Below are positions 47,588 through 56,339 of a stretch of DNA of 64,000 bases, piece after piece. The notes under the pieces were generated by a model. That model was not told the DNA's origin. It saw nothing but the letters and a program-made list of their open reading frames with translations, and made no database searches. Origin of the DNA: a virus (Duplodnaviria > Caudoviricetes); the IMG/VR virus record IMGVR_UViG_3300028591_000200, positions 4,132 through 68,131 of that record, one strand, 5' to 3'. Within the stretch, counting starts at the first letter, position 1. Each line of letters begins with the position of its first letter. The position numbers and the translations under genes are program-made.

Positions 47588-47818
47588 ATGGAATATTCTG
47601 ACGATTTGAAGTTCAAGGTGATTGCATATTTGCGAGAGTGCGGCGAAGATAATCCTGATATTGATGTGGTAGTTAATCAGTTTTCAGAACTATTTGATAA
47701 GATGCGCCAAGGTGAGAAGTTATCTCCTATATATGCTGTCGCATTATGTAATATTTTGGATATTGTGCAGGAGCAAACGACACTTGAGATTGTATCAGGC
47801 AACGGTGAGGTAGATTGA
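47588..47818 (+). CDS. Small hypothetical (ends EVD)
   Basis: Array member. Confidence 0.7.
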   Translation: MEYSDDLKFKVIAYLRECGEDNPDIDVVVNQFSELFDKMRQGEKLSPIYAVALCNILDIVQEQTTLEIVSGNGEVD

Positions 47819-47830
47819 GAGGTAATAAGC

Positions 47831-48223
47831 ATGAAAATTATTGATTTTTACACCTATGGTAATGTGATTAAACTATATCTCGGTGCTGATGACTGCGAAG
47901 ATTATTGGGGTGATGATTGGGATGATGCACCCTATGAACATAATGCTGGGCGAGTATATCCGGAATATATACAAGGCTATGTTGAGTTTGCATTTCCACT
48001 TAAATATGATGTTTGTGAGGCTTGTAATGGATATTTTAATTCTCCATTCAGCAAAGAAGATATGATAAATAAAAAAGTACCGTGTATTACAATATCTACA
48101 TCTACTAAACCCAAAATTGAGATTTATTTCGGAGATAACATTGATGAAGTCTCAAAACAAATAATAGAACTCGGCGGTTTTAAGATTTCAGAGATGAAAG
48201 GTGATGACCATGAAATGCAGTAA
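47831..48223 (+). CDS. Hypothetical phage protein (YWGDDWDDAPYEHNAG)
   Basis: SD GAGGT. Confidence 0.75.
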   Translation: MKIIDFYTYGNVIKLYLGADDCEDYWGDDWDDAPYEHNAGRVYPEYIQGYVEFAFPLKYDVCEACNGYFNSPFSKEDMINKKVPCITISTSTKPKIEIYFGDNIDEVSKQIIELGGFKISEMKGDDHEMQ

Positions 48224-48314
48224 AGAGTTTATACTAATGAGGGTTTTACTAATTTCTGATTTAGTTGCTTTGATCTTTGGAATAGCAGGTCTGATTATTG
48301 CGATTGTGAGGTAA
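48210..48314 (+). CDS. Small single-TM protein
   Basis: Manually translated 34 aa, hydrophobic. Confidence 0.45.
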   Translation: MKCSKEFILMRVLLISDLVALIFGIAGLIIAIVR

Positions 48315-48319
48315 AAAGA

Positions 48320-48490
48320 ATGGCAGATAAAAAATGTGATAGATGTAGCGGTATGAGCAATAATAAATCACTTTGCGATACTTGTTCACATATGTTTACT
48401 TGTGAGCGTAGCGATGTAGGAATTAGCTATGCTAATCATTCGGTTTGTTATGAGTATGATCCAGTGAGAGTAAGTAACTTAAATAATTGA
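48320..48490 (+). CDS. Small Cys-rich hypothetical
   Basis: Manually translated; junction variant. Confidence 0.6.
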   Translation: MADKKCDRCSGMSNNKSLCDTCSHMFTCERSDVGISYANHSVCYEYDPVRVSNLNN

Positions 48491-48589
48491 GTTTTATCCT
48501 TTATTTCGTAAATTATTTTGCGAAATAGGGAGATGAACCTGTAGATTTAAGGTAAATTGATATGAACAGTGCTTGTGAGGTAGGCTGAT

Positions 48590-48970
48590 ATGGAAGATAG
48601 CGTTAAGGCATGTGCCAAAGACATTTTAGAACAGGTTGAGAATGTTCATTATAGTCCCGAATTTTCTGATTTAAGGATCCGTAATGGTTGCCGAGGTGAG
48701 ATTGAATATATTATCAATTTTATCCAGCAAAAGTATTTAAGCGAGGAAAAACCATTCATCACTATATGTAGAGATACAGCTATAAAGGAGAATTTGCCTT
48801 TATACTTCATTTACTATGAAGAAACAGGAGTCTTTGAAGTTTATATAACAGAGACAAAAGAGTTATTTGAGAAAAGGCATTGTGCTAAACATCTGCCAAA
48901 TTATGAGTTCCAAGAGATTGTAACTAACTATTTAGATTCGTATTCAGATTGGAAAGGTGGTAATGAATGA
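48590..48970 (+). CDS. Hypothetical protein
   Basis: Junction variant start. Confidence 0.7.
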   Translation: MEDSVKACAKDILEQVENVHYSPEFSDLRIRNGCRGEIEYIINFIQQKYLSEEKPFITICRDTAIKENLPLYFIYYEETGVFEVYITETKELFEKRHCAKHLPNYEFQEIVTNYLDSYSDWKGGNE

Positions 48971-49287
48971 GACTAATCAATGCAGATGATTTGAAAGAAC
49001 ATGCTCAAAAACTTTTAGTCGGAGAAAGTATAAATACATATTTTGGGATAAATTTATACAAAATGTTTGAAGAAATCATTGACAACACTCCGACAGTAGA
49101 ACCGGAAAGATCACAAGGCGAGTGGCAAGAAACTGATGTGTTGTGGGAAGATAATTGCGGTGGCGGAATGGGCTATGACTATGGTTACTACTTTAAGTGT
49201 TCTGCTTGTGATAAAAAGGTAATAGACAAAACTAACTTTTGTCCTGAATGTGGTGCGACTATGCAGAACGGAGGTAAAGAAGAATGA
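48967..49287 (+). CDS. Mosaic: RLI.AD module plus zinc ribbon
   Basis: ERSQGEW...CSAC...FCPECGA; ends GKEE. Confidence 0.75.
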   Translation: MRLINADDLKEHAQKLLVGESINTYFGINLYKMFEEIIDNTPTVEPERSQGEWQETDVLWEDNCGGGMGYDYGYYFKCSACDKKVIDKTNFCPECGATMQNGGKEE

Positions 49288-49607
49288 CAGACAAAATTAA
49301 ATCAATCGTAATTGATTGCAAGTATTATCTTCCTTGTGGAAGGTGTGATAAGACAGGCGGCTGGTGTTCACAATTAGATCAAATTGGGGTACAACCGACT
49401 TCTTTTGTTTTACCTACCGAATATACAACAAGTACAAGTGCAGGAGAGGTGGAGAAGAATGACATAATTGCTAATGAAGTTATGCCAGAGGCGCAGTTCA
49501 TTGATGTTGATGTGCAAATGCGCATAATCAAGGGGGATTTACGGTATCTTTCCGAAAAAATTGATAAGTTATCATCTTTTATTGAGGAACAGAAGATAAA
49601 GAGGTAA
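49284..49607 (+). CDS. Hypothetical protein (CKYYLPCGRC)
   Basis: Junction start. Confidence 0.7.
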   Translation: MTDKIKSIVIDCKYYLPCGRCDKTGGWCSQLDQIGVQPTSFVLPTEYTTSTSAGEVEKNDIIANEVMPEAQFIDVDVQMRIIKGDLRYLSEKIDKLSSFIEEQKIKR

Positions 49608-49613
49608 ATTGAT

Positions 49614-50078
49614 ATGATGGATCCGAAAAGATACCCAAGTAGTCCTAAAAAGCCGGATAAAGAATTAAAGGAGTGGAAGCGGTTTTTCAACACGGAACAA
49701 GCGGTAGTAACTGCATTTCTATATCTTATACAGGATCTTGCGCCTGTTATCGGGCTTGATGAAGCACAACGGCTGGTAAATATCATTAAAGGAGCAAATA
49801 TGTGTAATACTACTATGGATGATATGGAAGAACTTATCCATGCTTTAGAGATGGGTAAACCTGATTATGACGGGGAAGATGTTAATTACGATGTTGCAAC
49901 TATTGAAGATGCAATTAAATATTTAAAGCAATATGCAGAGATAAAGAAAGTAGTAGATGAGTTTAATGCAATCCGTGATAGTTCACCTATGGTAGAAAAC
50001 GCATATGCTGAATATACCAAGATTGAAAAAGCAGAATGTTTTGATCAGATACGAGGACTTTTAAGGAGTGACTTATGA
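49614..50078 (+). CDS. Hypothetical protein
   Basis: Junction variant. Confidence 0.7.
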   Translation: MMDPKRYPSSPKKPDKELKEWKRFFNTEQAVVTAFLYLIQDLAPVIGLDEAQRLVNIIKGANMCNTTMDDMEELIHALEMGKPDYDGEDVNYDVATIEDAIKYLKQYAEIKKVVDEFNAIRDSSPMVENAYAEYTKIEKAECFDQIRGLLRSDL

Positions 50079-50371
50079 AAGAATTTAGCTTTAACATAAA
50101 CCATATAATTAAAGTCAAGCTGACTGATAGTGGTAAAGATATACTCAATAAGCATTTTTCTGAAATCAACAAGTATTGCACAGGTCTTGAACTTGACTAT
50201 ACTCCAACCCAGTATGCAGAAGAATATGCAGAAGATATTGACGGATATACCCAGTTTCAGTTATGGGATTTTATGAATATTTTTGGATCCTATTTTATGC
50301 TGGGTTCTCCTGTACTTATTCAGAATAATGATATTATTTTTAATGAAGATGCTTTGTGTGAGGTAAAATGA
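50075..50371 (+). CDS. Hypothetical phage protein (N..VKVKLT..G...FQLW.FM..FG)
   Basis: SD AAGGAG. Confidence 0.75.
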   Translation: MKEFSFNINHIIKVKLTDSGKDILNKHFSEINKYCTGLELDYTPTQYAEEYAEDIDGYTQFQLWDFMNIFGSYFMLGSPVLIQNNDIIFNEDALCEVK

Positions 50372-50634
50372 TAATGAAACTTGTAATTGATATTCCGGAA
50401 GAAGTTGTAACGGCAATACAGAATGGTCAAGATTACAGATACGACATTCATACAGCGATAGCACAAGGTACACCAGTTTCAAATGATTATGTGAAATCAT
50501 TATCAGAATACTGTTCTATGCGTAATATAATCTGCGGTAACCTTAAATGTGACAAGCGATTATCAAACGGATTTTGTAGCCGGGCTTATCCATGCTCCGA
50601 ATTTCAATGCCCCAGTTTGAACTTGATACACTGA
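50368..50634 (+). CDS. MKLVIDIP module plus Cys-rich tail
   Basis: Mosaic family. Confidence 0.7.
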   Translation: MIMKLVIDIPEEVVTAIQNGQDYRYDIHTAIAQGTPVSNDYVKSLSEYCSMRNIICGNLKCDKRLSNGFCSRAYPCSEFQCPSLNLIH

Positions 50635-50701
50635 AAGCGGCTAAACTGTCCGAGCAGGATAATTTAGTACCGCTTAAAGATCTGTACCATAAGGGGTTTG
50701 A

Positions 50702-50965
50702 GTGATGTTTACAATAGATGATTTGATTTCAAAGATGGATAACCATTTTAACCTGATAGCATTACTGGATAGTAATAATACCAAAACATTTACAGGCACA
50801 GTAGATGAGTTCAGGGTGAGCGAGTTGTATCCAAAAATAGCACATGCCAAGGTTACTGAAATTTTTTCAGAAGATAATGGTACAATATGGATCTGCTACT
50901 GTGACGAAGAATCCAATACCATAGAGGATATTTCAGTCGTGTGTATTGAGGATTATACTTTATAA
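50702..50965 (+). CDS. Small hypothetical
   Basis: ORF track. Confidence 0.6.
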   Translation: MMFTIDDLISKMDNHFNLIALLDSNNTKTFTGTVDEFRVSELYPKIAHAKVTEIFSEDNGTIWICYCDEESNTIEDISVVCIEDYTL

Positions 50966-51069
50966 ACCTTATATTTATATAAGTCTTGTCAAATTTTGCC
51001 ATAAAGACAACTCGGAGGCGGAGAATACTTCGGTGTTCTCCGTTTTCAGTTAAAACCTTTAATATAATT

Positions 51070-51273
51070 ATGAGCGATAGAGAACGAAATACTTTACAAT
51101 ACAAAGATGTTGATGTTATTGTTGAAACCGATATTGAATCTGTGTCAGGCATCAGCTTTCTTATAAGGGATAATTCCCTTCCCGGAAATGCGTATTCCGC
51201 TTTTGCATATTTCGATGATGTTCGAAGATTTATAGATTGCGGTTGCGATTGGAATAAGATGATCAAGGGCTAA
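51070..51273 (+). CDS. Small hypothetical (possibly leaderless)
   Basis: ATG 16 nt after the start of the AACCTT motif at 51054. Confidence 0.55.
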   Translation: MSDRERNTLQYKDVDVIVETDIESVSGISFLIRDNSLPGNAYSAFAYFDDVRRFIDCGCDWNKMIKG

Positions 51274-51276
51274 CCC

Positions 51277-51774
51277 GTGAAAATTACATTTGCACAACGA
51301 AATAACTATCCAAGAACCAGCTCCCCATATCAGCTTTTATATCTGATGTCCAATTTTGAGTACATCAACTTTGATACACTTATGAGTTCAAAAGAAGTTG
51401 CTGATACTTCATCAGGTTCTTGCCATGATCAAGTTATATTTGAGCTGGATGAATTAAGCAAGCAGGGCTTAAATCCAAAGGCTAAATTTCTTATTGCTGT
51501 TGATCCCAATGGTAACGGTGGCGAAACCCATTCTTTTGTATTTTATCAAGAAGATAGCAAATTATACTGGTTCGAAAATGCGTGGAAAGATTATAGAGGG
51601 ATCCACGAATTTGATACCGAACATGAATTGCTTGATTTTGTATTAGATGCTTTTGCAGATCGAAACCCCGGTAAAGAAGTCTTTGTTGGTGCGTTTATTC
51701 CTGAAGAACACCATATAGGTGAGGACTTACAGACATTGGTAGATATTTGCATGGATAACGCTGTTCAGGCGTAA
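51277..51774 (+). CDS. Transglutaminase/papain-like Cys protease fold protein
   Basis: GSCHDQ...THSF..Y...YWFENAW (C-H-E triad). Confidence 0.65.
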   Translation: MKITFAQRNNYPRTSSPYQLLYLMSNFEYINFDTLMSSKEVADTSSGSCHDQVIFELDELSKQGLNPKAKFLIAVDPNGNGGETHSFVFYQEDSKLYWFENAWKDYRGIHEFDTEHELLDFVLDAFADRNPGKEVFVGAFIPEEHHIGEDLQTLVDICMDNAVQA

Positions 51775-51801
51775 TTTTATCTGCTAATCGTTATTATACC
51801 C

Positions 51802-52431
51802 ATGAAACAAGTTACAATGAAACAAATAGGTTTAACACTACTATCTTATATTGTTTGTGCTGGCGTACTATTAGTTATTGCCGCATTTGATCTGCCCAGC
51901 AGAGTACCTACGGTTAGTTCTACCCTTGATCTGACCAGTAAAGAGTTTGTAAGGGTTATTTGTACTCCCACTCCACAACCTCTGCCTACTGTTGAAGTAA
52001 CCCCTACTCCGACACCTGTTCCGACAACTCCGGTTGAGATACTTATTGATGAGCCAGTATCTAATCAGGAGTTTTATGATACCTGTGTGGCAAGGGGCAT
52101 GATTACTCCTGCTAATGATTATGACGATAGAATTACCGCTGAACGAGGTGGGTACATGGGACCGTCAGGCAGGGAGACTTACTATAATTTAAAGATGGAT
52201 CTCTGCGTATATTACATGAGGGAGCTTGGGTATGATGAAGAAGAATACCCGTACTGGATCCGTGATGACGGCGCTAAAATGCTTGGTAATTATGTGATGT
52301 GTGCGGCAAACTGGAAGATAAGACCGAAGGGGACTATTATCCCGACATCGCTCGGTGATGCCATAGTAGTTGACACAGGCGAGTTTGTGGCAGATTACCC
52401 AAACGGAGTAGATTTAGCGGTTGATTGGTAA
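51802..52431 (+). CDS. Membrane-anchored 3D-domain-like cell-wall hydrolase
   Basis: N-terminal TM, P/T-rich linker, C-terminal ETYY...AA....P.GT.I....G.A.V.DTG...DL. Confidence 0.6.
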   Translation: MKQVTMKQIGLTLLSYIVCAGVLLVIAAFDLPSRVPTVSSTLDLTSKEFVRVICTPTPQPLPTVEVTPTPTPVPTTPVEILIDEPVSNQEFYDTCVARGMITPANDYDDRITAERGGYMGPSGRETYYNLKMDLCVYYMRELGYDEEEYPYWIRDDGAKMLGNYVMCAANWKIRPKGTIIPTSLGDAIVVDTGEFVADYPNGVDLAVDW

Positions 52432-52442
52432 AGGAGGAAAAA

Positions 52443-52664
52443 ATGAACGATATTAAAGTTGGAAGTGTTGTAAAACTTTTATATTGGCAAGACAAAAAAG
52501 TACACGAGTTTACTATTACAGATATTTATTTTGAGCGATATATTTCTGATTACAAGACCATTGTAAAAGCAAAATATTATTCAGAAAAAAGTGAGTGCTG
52601 GCATAGTGATACCTTTTTCTCAAATGATTTCTTTAAGGCTATGAAAGAAGGTGCAGAAGAATGA
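52443..52664 (+). CDS. Small hypothetical
   Basis: SD AGGAGG before MNDIK. Confidence 0.65.
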   Translation: MNDIKVGSVVKLLYWQDKKVHEFTITDIYFERYISDYKTIVKAKYYSEKSECWHSDTFFSNDFFKAMKEGAEE

Positions 52665-52975
52665 TTGATAATGTGACAACAGATAATATGTCAAATGAAG
52701 AAGTTATCGAAACCTTGAAAGGTATTGTCTTTAATGGTTTTGACAGAACAACTCGAAAAGAAAGGCAGGCTCTTGACCTTGCTATCAAGGCTCTTGAAGA
52801 TAGACCGCAAAGCGAGTGGGTAGGAAATGCTTTTGATGAACATCATTGTAAAAGGTGTGGACATCCTGCCTTGTGGGAAGAAGAACCCGACGGTTATTAT
52901 GCAGACAGTTATTATGAAGTTCAGTCAAACTTTTGTCCTGAGTGTGGGGCAGATATGAGAGGTAAAGAAGAATGA
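52661..52975 (+). CDS. Mosaic: ALDLAIKALE module plus zinc ribbon
   Basis: Shared modules; ends GKEE. Confidence 0.75.
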   Translation: MIDNVTTDNMSNEEVIETLKGIVFNGFDRTTRKERQALDLAIKALEDRPQSEWVGNAFDEHHCKRCGHPALWEEEPDGYYADSYYEVQSNFCPECGADMRGKEE

Positions 52976-53193
52976 AGTGGTTTGGGTATGTTTGGATTGC
53001 TATTTTAGTAATAATGTGGTTAGTTTGGACAATAAAATGTATTAAGGATTTTATTACTGATTATCGTTATTTTCGTGCAAGAGGCGGACTTGATTCTGCA
53101 CTTGAGTTAGAAACGAGTTGGATTATATGGATAGCAGTCCATGTAGGCGTGATTTTTATATCTTCTTTAATTTGGTTTATTTATTCAATGTGA
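52972..53193 (+). CDS. Small membrane protein (2 TM)
   Basis: Hydrophobic segments. Confidence 0.7.
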   Translation: MKWFGYVWIAILVIMWLVWTIKCIKDFITDYRYFRARGGLDSALELETSWIIWIAVHVGVIFISSLIWFIYSM

Positions 53194-53204
53194 GGTGAAG
53201 AAGA

Positions 53205-53639
53205 ATGACAGTTAATTTACCAATGGAAATGATAGTTGATGTATATAATCTTCCTGATGATTTTGAAATACAGGTACAGCAAGCATTTGCAGAATACACT
53301 TCCGGAACATCAAAAGATTATACATATCAGGACAAATTGAGTTTTATCGACCTTGCTTCTGAATATCTTCATGGAAAAAAGGATCCGGATGAAGCCGTCA
53401 GAAAGTTAATGCACGATAAGTTTGACTACGAGCTTGATGAACAATGCAGAATTGCAGACGAGACAGATTTCTATTCTACCGAGTTTATGGAATGGTGCTA
53501 TCAGGAAGGTGCTGAAAGCCAGAAGTTACATTCAAGAACATTTGAAGGAGTCAAAAATCATCACGACAGGGAAAAGATAGAAGAAATGCTGGTCAGATTT
53601 ATCAAGGCAGTTATTGATTATGAGAAGGAGAGAACTTGA
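53205..53639 (+). CDS. Hypothetical protein
   Basis: Junction variant. Confidence 0.75.
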   Translation: MTVNLPMEMIVDVYNLPDDFEIQVQQAFAEYTSGTSKDYTYQDKLSFIDLASEYLHGKKDPDEAVRKLMHDKFDYELDEQCRIADETDFYSTEFMEWCYQEGAESQKLHSRTFEGVKNHHDREKIEEMLVRFIKAVIDYEKERT

Positions 53640-53962
53640 TCCACAGAGAGGTGACAACAATGACTAAACAAGAGCATACAGAAGAATACAAGCGTGGTTT
53701 TCATTGTGGATATGAAGTCGCAAGGCAGAAGTTTAACCGCAAATTATCTAAAAATAAACCGGATAAATCCCGGTTAGTAAATTTAGCAGAAATTCCACCG
53801 AAAATTGAATGGCTGACGATAGATGATATTGGCGGTGACTATGATTCTTTTTTCTGCTCTAATTGTCATACCTCATACGATGGGTGGTCAGAGCCATTTA
53901 AGTTTTGCCCGGAATGTGGTGGTAGAAGTTCATTAGCAGATGTGAGAGGTGAAGAAGAATGA
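53636..53962 (+). CDS. Zinc-ribbon accessory protein
   Basis: CSNC...FCPECG. Confidence 0.7.
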   Translation: MIHREVTTMTKQEHTEEYKRGFHCGYEVARQKFNRKLSKNKPDKSRLVNLAEIPPKIEWLTIDDIGGDYDSFFCSNCHTSYDGWSEPFKFCPECGGRSSLADVRGEEE

Positions 53963-54432
53963 CACCCGAAGAAATGATACAAAGTAACATAGATATGATA
54001 GACACTGAAATATATGATTTGCTTACTTATATAAATCGTGTTGAAGGAATACGCACTACTGGTTCATGTTTTGGGCATAATGAACGCCCTTGTATGATAT
54101 GTTGCGAAGCTGATAGTATTGCAACGGTTCATAAGTTTATGCGAGATTATTTTTATAATGATGAGCTATGGACTATCCGACTCTATATTACCGATGCTCT
54201 TATTGATGATAATGACTGGGATAAAGTAGAGTTTGTTATTCAAAGTGATGCCAGATATATTGATTTTCCATCAGTAAATCTAATGGTAAATAACCTTACT
54301 TATAGGTTTTGGAAACATCAGAATTATGATACTTCACATTTGTTACTGCCAGTTGATAACTCTATAAAGTTAGAAGATGTTATTAGAGAAGTAATAATGA
54401 AAGAATGTAATGAGAATGATAAAAAGATATGA
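53959..54432 (+). CDS. Hypothetical protein, TYW3-like N-terminus
   Basis: ID..I..L...IN...G..T..SCFGH (weak). Confidence 0.5.
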   Translation: MTPEEMIQSNIDMIDTEIYDLLTYINRVEGIRTTGSCFGHNERPCMICCEADSIATVHKFMRDYFYNDELWTIRLYITDALIDDNDWDKVEFVIQSDARYIDFPSVNLMVNNLTYRFWKHQNYDTSHLLLPVDNSIKLEDVIREVIMKECNENDKKI

Positions 54433-54445
54433 GAGGTGAAGAAGA

Positions 54446-54577
54446 ATGACACAGGAAGAAAAAGACGAAATTTTAACAACGATTGCTCAAATACCATTAT
54501 CAGATCCAACAATGGATAGTACAAGAAATCTTATACTTACATATTTAGCGGAAAAGTTTAGAGGTAAAGAAGAATGA
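54446..54577 (+). CDS. Small hypothetical (ends GKEE)
   Basis: Manually translated between junctions. Confidence 0.6.
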   Translation: MTQEEKDEILTTIAQIPLSDPTMDSTRNLILTYLAEKFRGKEE

Positions 54578-54783
54578 TTGAAGATGATAAGTTGATAAGA
54601 AGAACGAGAGTATATAGCGAAGAACGAAATGCTCCAATTTATAAGAATGAAGTTGTGATAACAAAAGAAGAATTTTTGGAATGTTTTAATGAATGGGTAG
54701 TCAAGCCCTCACAAGGAACCCCTGCATCATTACAGACGAAATTTCATGTTCCTGCTGATAGTAGTGGAATAGTACCTGCATAG
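54574..54783 (+). CDS. Small hypothetical
   Basis: Junction start. Confidence 0.65.
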   Translation: MIEDDKLIRRTRVYSEERNAPIYKNEVVITKEEFLECFNEWVVKPSQGTPASLQTKFHVPADSSGIVPA

Positions 54784-54801
54784 AAAGTGAGGTAAAGAAG
54801 A

Positions 54802-54978
54802 ATGAATATTGATTTAGGTGAAAATATTGCAGATACTATTAAAGTATCTGACTTAATACAGGTATTAAATAACTATGAACCTAATGCTGAAGTAAAGTTA
54901 ATAATATACGGTTCATCAGATTATCCTTCTGCATCTCTTACTATAACCGGGGATATTATTATGACGAGTGACTGGTGA
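54802..54978 (+). CDS. Small hypothetical
   Basis: Manually translated; junction start. Confidence 0.6.
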   Translation: MNIDLGENIADTIKVSDLIQVLNNYEPNAEVKLIIYGSSDYPSASLTITGDIIMTSDW

Positions 54979-55009
54979 TAAACCTTTTATTTATGTGGAG
55001 GGTATAGAT

Positions 55010-55282
55010 ATGGAATATCAATCATATCAGGATTTGTTTTCTCAAAAGTTCAAAAGATGTAAGTCTAAAAAGGACTATAAGAAGCTCTGCAAAGAGATGA
55101 TTCATCAATTTGAAGTGATAGATCAGGTTGAGCAGAACCAATCACGCATATTCTCATCTATGCTTGGTTCCGATACTTATGTTAAAGGCATGGCATTAGC
55201 AATAAAGATGTATATGCTGGAACAACAAGGCATATCCTGTGATGTTATATCTATTGAAGATATAATCGAGCATTTTGAATAG
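55010..55282 (+). CDS. Hypothetical protein
   Basis: SD GGAGG at ATG 55010; late motif at 54980. Confidence 0.7.
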   Translation: MEYQSYQDLFSQKFKRCKSKKDYKKLCKEMIHQFEVIDQVEQNQSRIFSSMLGSDTYVKGMALAIKMYMLEQQGISCDVISIEDIIEHFE

Positions 55283-55311
55283 GACTTTCTATCTTGTTTT
55301 TCTTCCACCTG

Positions 55312-55354
55312 AACACCCTACATCAATCCATCTGCGATGTGGGGTGTTTACTTT
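55312..55354 (+). terminator. Terminator-like hairpin
   Basis: AACACCCTACATC / GATGTGGGGTGTT. Confidence 0.6.
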
Positions 55355-55478
55355 ATATATAACCTTTTATAGTATTGATACTAAATCGCTTTATTAAATA
55401 CTTTTTCTTAAAGCGGTAGGCACAATTTAATAAAAGACGAAATACCACATCACAAAACACTTTTTTGGAGGTACTTAA

Positions 55479-56339
55479 ATGGCTATTTCAGAAAAAATCG
55501 AACTTTTAGGCAAAGGTCTGTATAAAGACATTCCCGATGTTCTCACATTAAAGGCGCTCCCAACGGCTTCTGAATTGGATTATGTCGGCGGCGAAGATTT
55601 TTACGCTACTATGTTAGATAGTATCTTCCCAGCGGCAATCGAAGAACAGTTCAACTACCGTAATCTGTTGGAAATTGATTTCCATTGGATTTGCAGATGT
55701 TTGAGGATGCTTAATTACGGATATTATTACACTACTAATAATATTATTTGCTATGATTGCAGACAAGTTTCTCATGGAGAATATCAGGTTGATTTACGCA
55801 CTATTGAAGTAAAAGCGTTGCCTTCAGGGTTTGTGAATAAGATGACAATTTCAAAATCCGAGTTCATTGATTTTGATGGTGATATAGTCATTTCACTCCC
55901 TACCATTCAGGATATTATTAACGCAGATAAGGACACCCTGTTTGTGGATAAGAATGGAGATACTAATAGAGAATTATCTCGTGTCTGCTATATGATTAAG
56001 AGTATTAAAGGAAATAGCTTAATGGCTGTTCCTGAAATTAAATACGCAATCCAGCATGATCTCTCTCCTGCGGATTTCTATATACTGAAAAGTCGTGCTA
56101 ACGAATTAACTGACTACGGGCTTCGTGCTGGCGGTTCTACTGTTTGCCCGAAGTGCCATAGTCCTCATGGTGGTTTTATGGCTTTGATAGATGACCGCTT
56201 TTTTCGCCCGACCTTGGGAGATCTCCGGAGTTGGAAATCAGATCGTAATGCCAAGGTCGCAGATAAATCCGCAAGCACAACAAGTGTTAGTGGGGGAGGA
56301 ATGGAAATCTTTCCATCAAATGCGACAACACAAGTATGA
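55479..56339 (+). CDS. Tail assembly chaperone / baseplate hub assembly protein (T4 gp26-like)
   Basis: Directly upstream of tape measure; two CxxC; ...DDRFF. Confidence 0.6.
   Translation: MAISEKIELLGKGLYKDIPDVLTLKALPTASELDYVGGEDFYATMLDSIFPAAIEEQFNYRNLLEIDFHWICRCLRMLNYGYYYTTNNIICYDCRQVSHGEYQVDLRTIEVKALPSGFVNKMTISKSEFIDFDGDIVISLPTIQDIINADKDTLFVDKNGDTNRELSRVCYMIKSIKGNSLMAVPEIKYAIQHDLSPADFYILKSRANELTDYGLRAGGSTVCPKCHSPHGGFMALIDDRFFRPTLGDLRSWKSDRNAKVADKSASTTSVSGGGMEIFPSNATTQV

Larger units (their letters stand above)
1325..49616 (+). repeat. Dispersed junction repeat GAGGTAGATTGATATG (13 exact, about 10 near copies)
   Basis: Exact at 1325, 42149, 42417, 42586, 42887, 43304, 43458, 44059, 44455, 44902, 45489, 45978, 46240. 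Confidence 0.9.
471..54804 (+). repeat. Dispersed junction repeat GAGGTAAAGAAGAATG (8 exact, about 7 near copies)
   Basis: Exact before ATGs at 1834, 2694, 3048, 3258, 49284, 52972, 54574, 54802. Confidence 0.9.

Noticed and set aside
41966-47818. C-terminal EVD as an EEVD-like chaperone or degron signal
   Set aside because: It is fully explained as the translation of the DNA junction; the same junction occurs out of frame after other genes.
41949-49616. Junction repeats as a CRISPR array
   Set aside because: Repeats are only 16 bp and contain SD/stop/start; the intervening segments are variable-length ORFs; no cas genes in the window.
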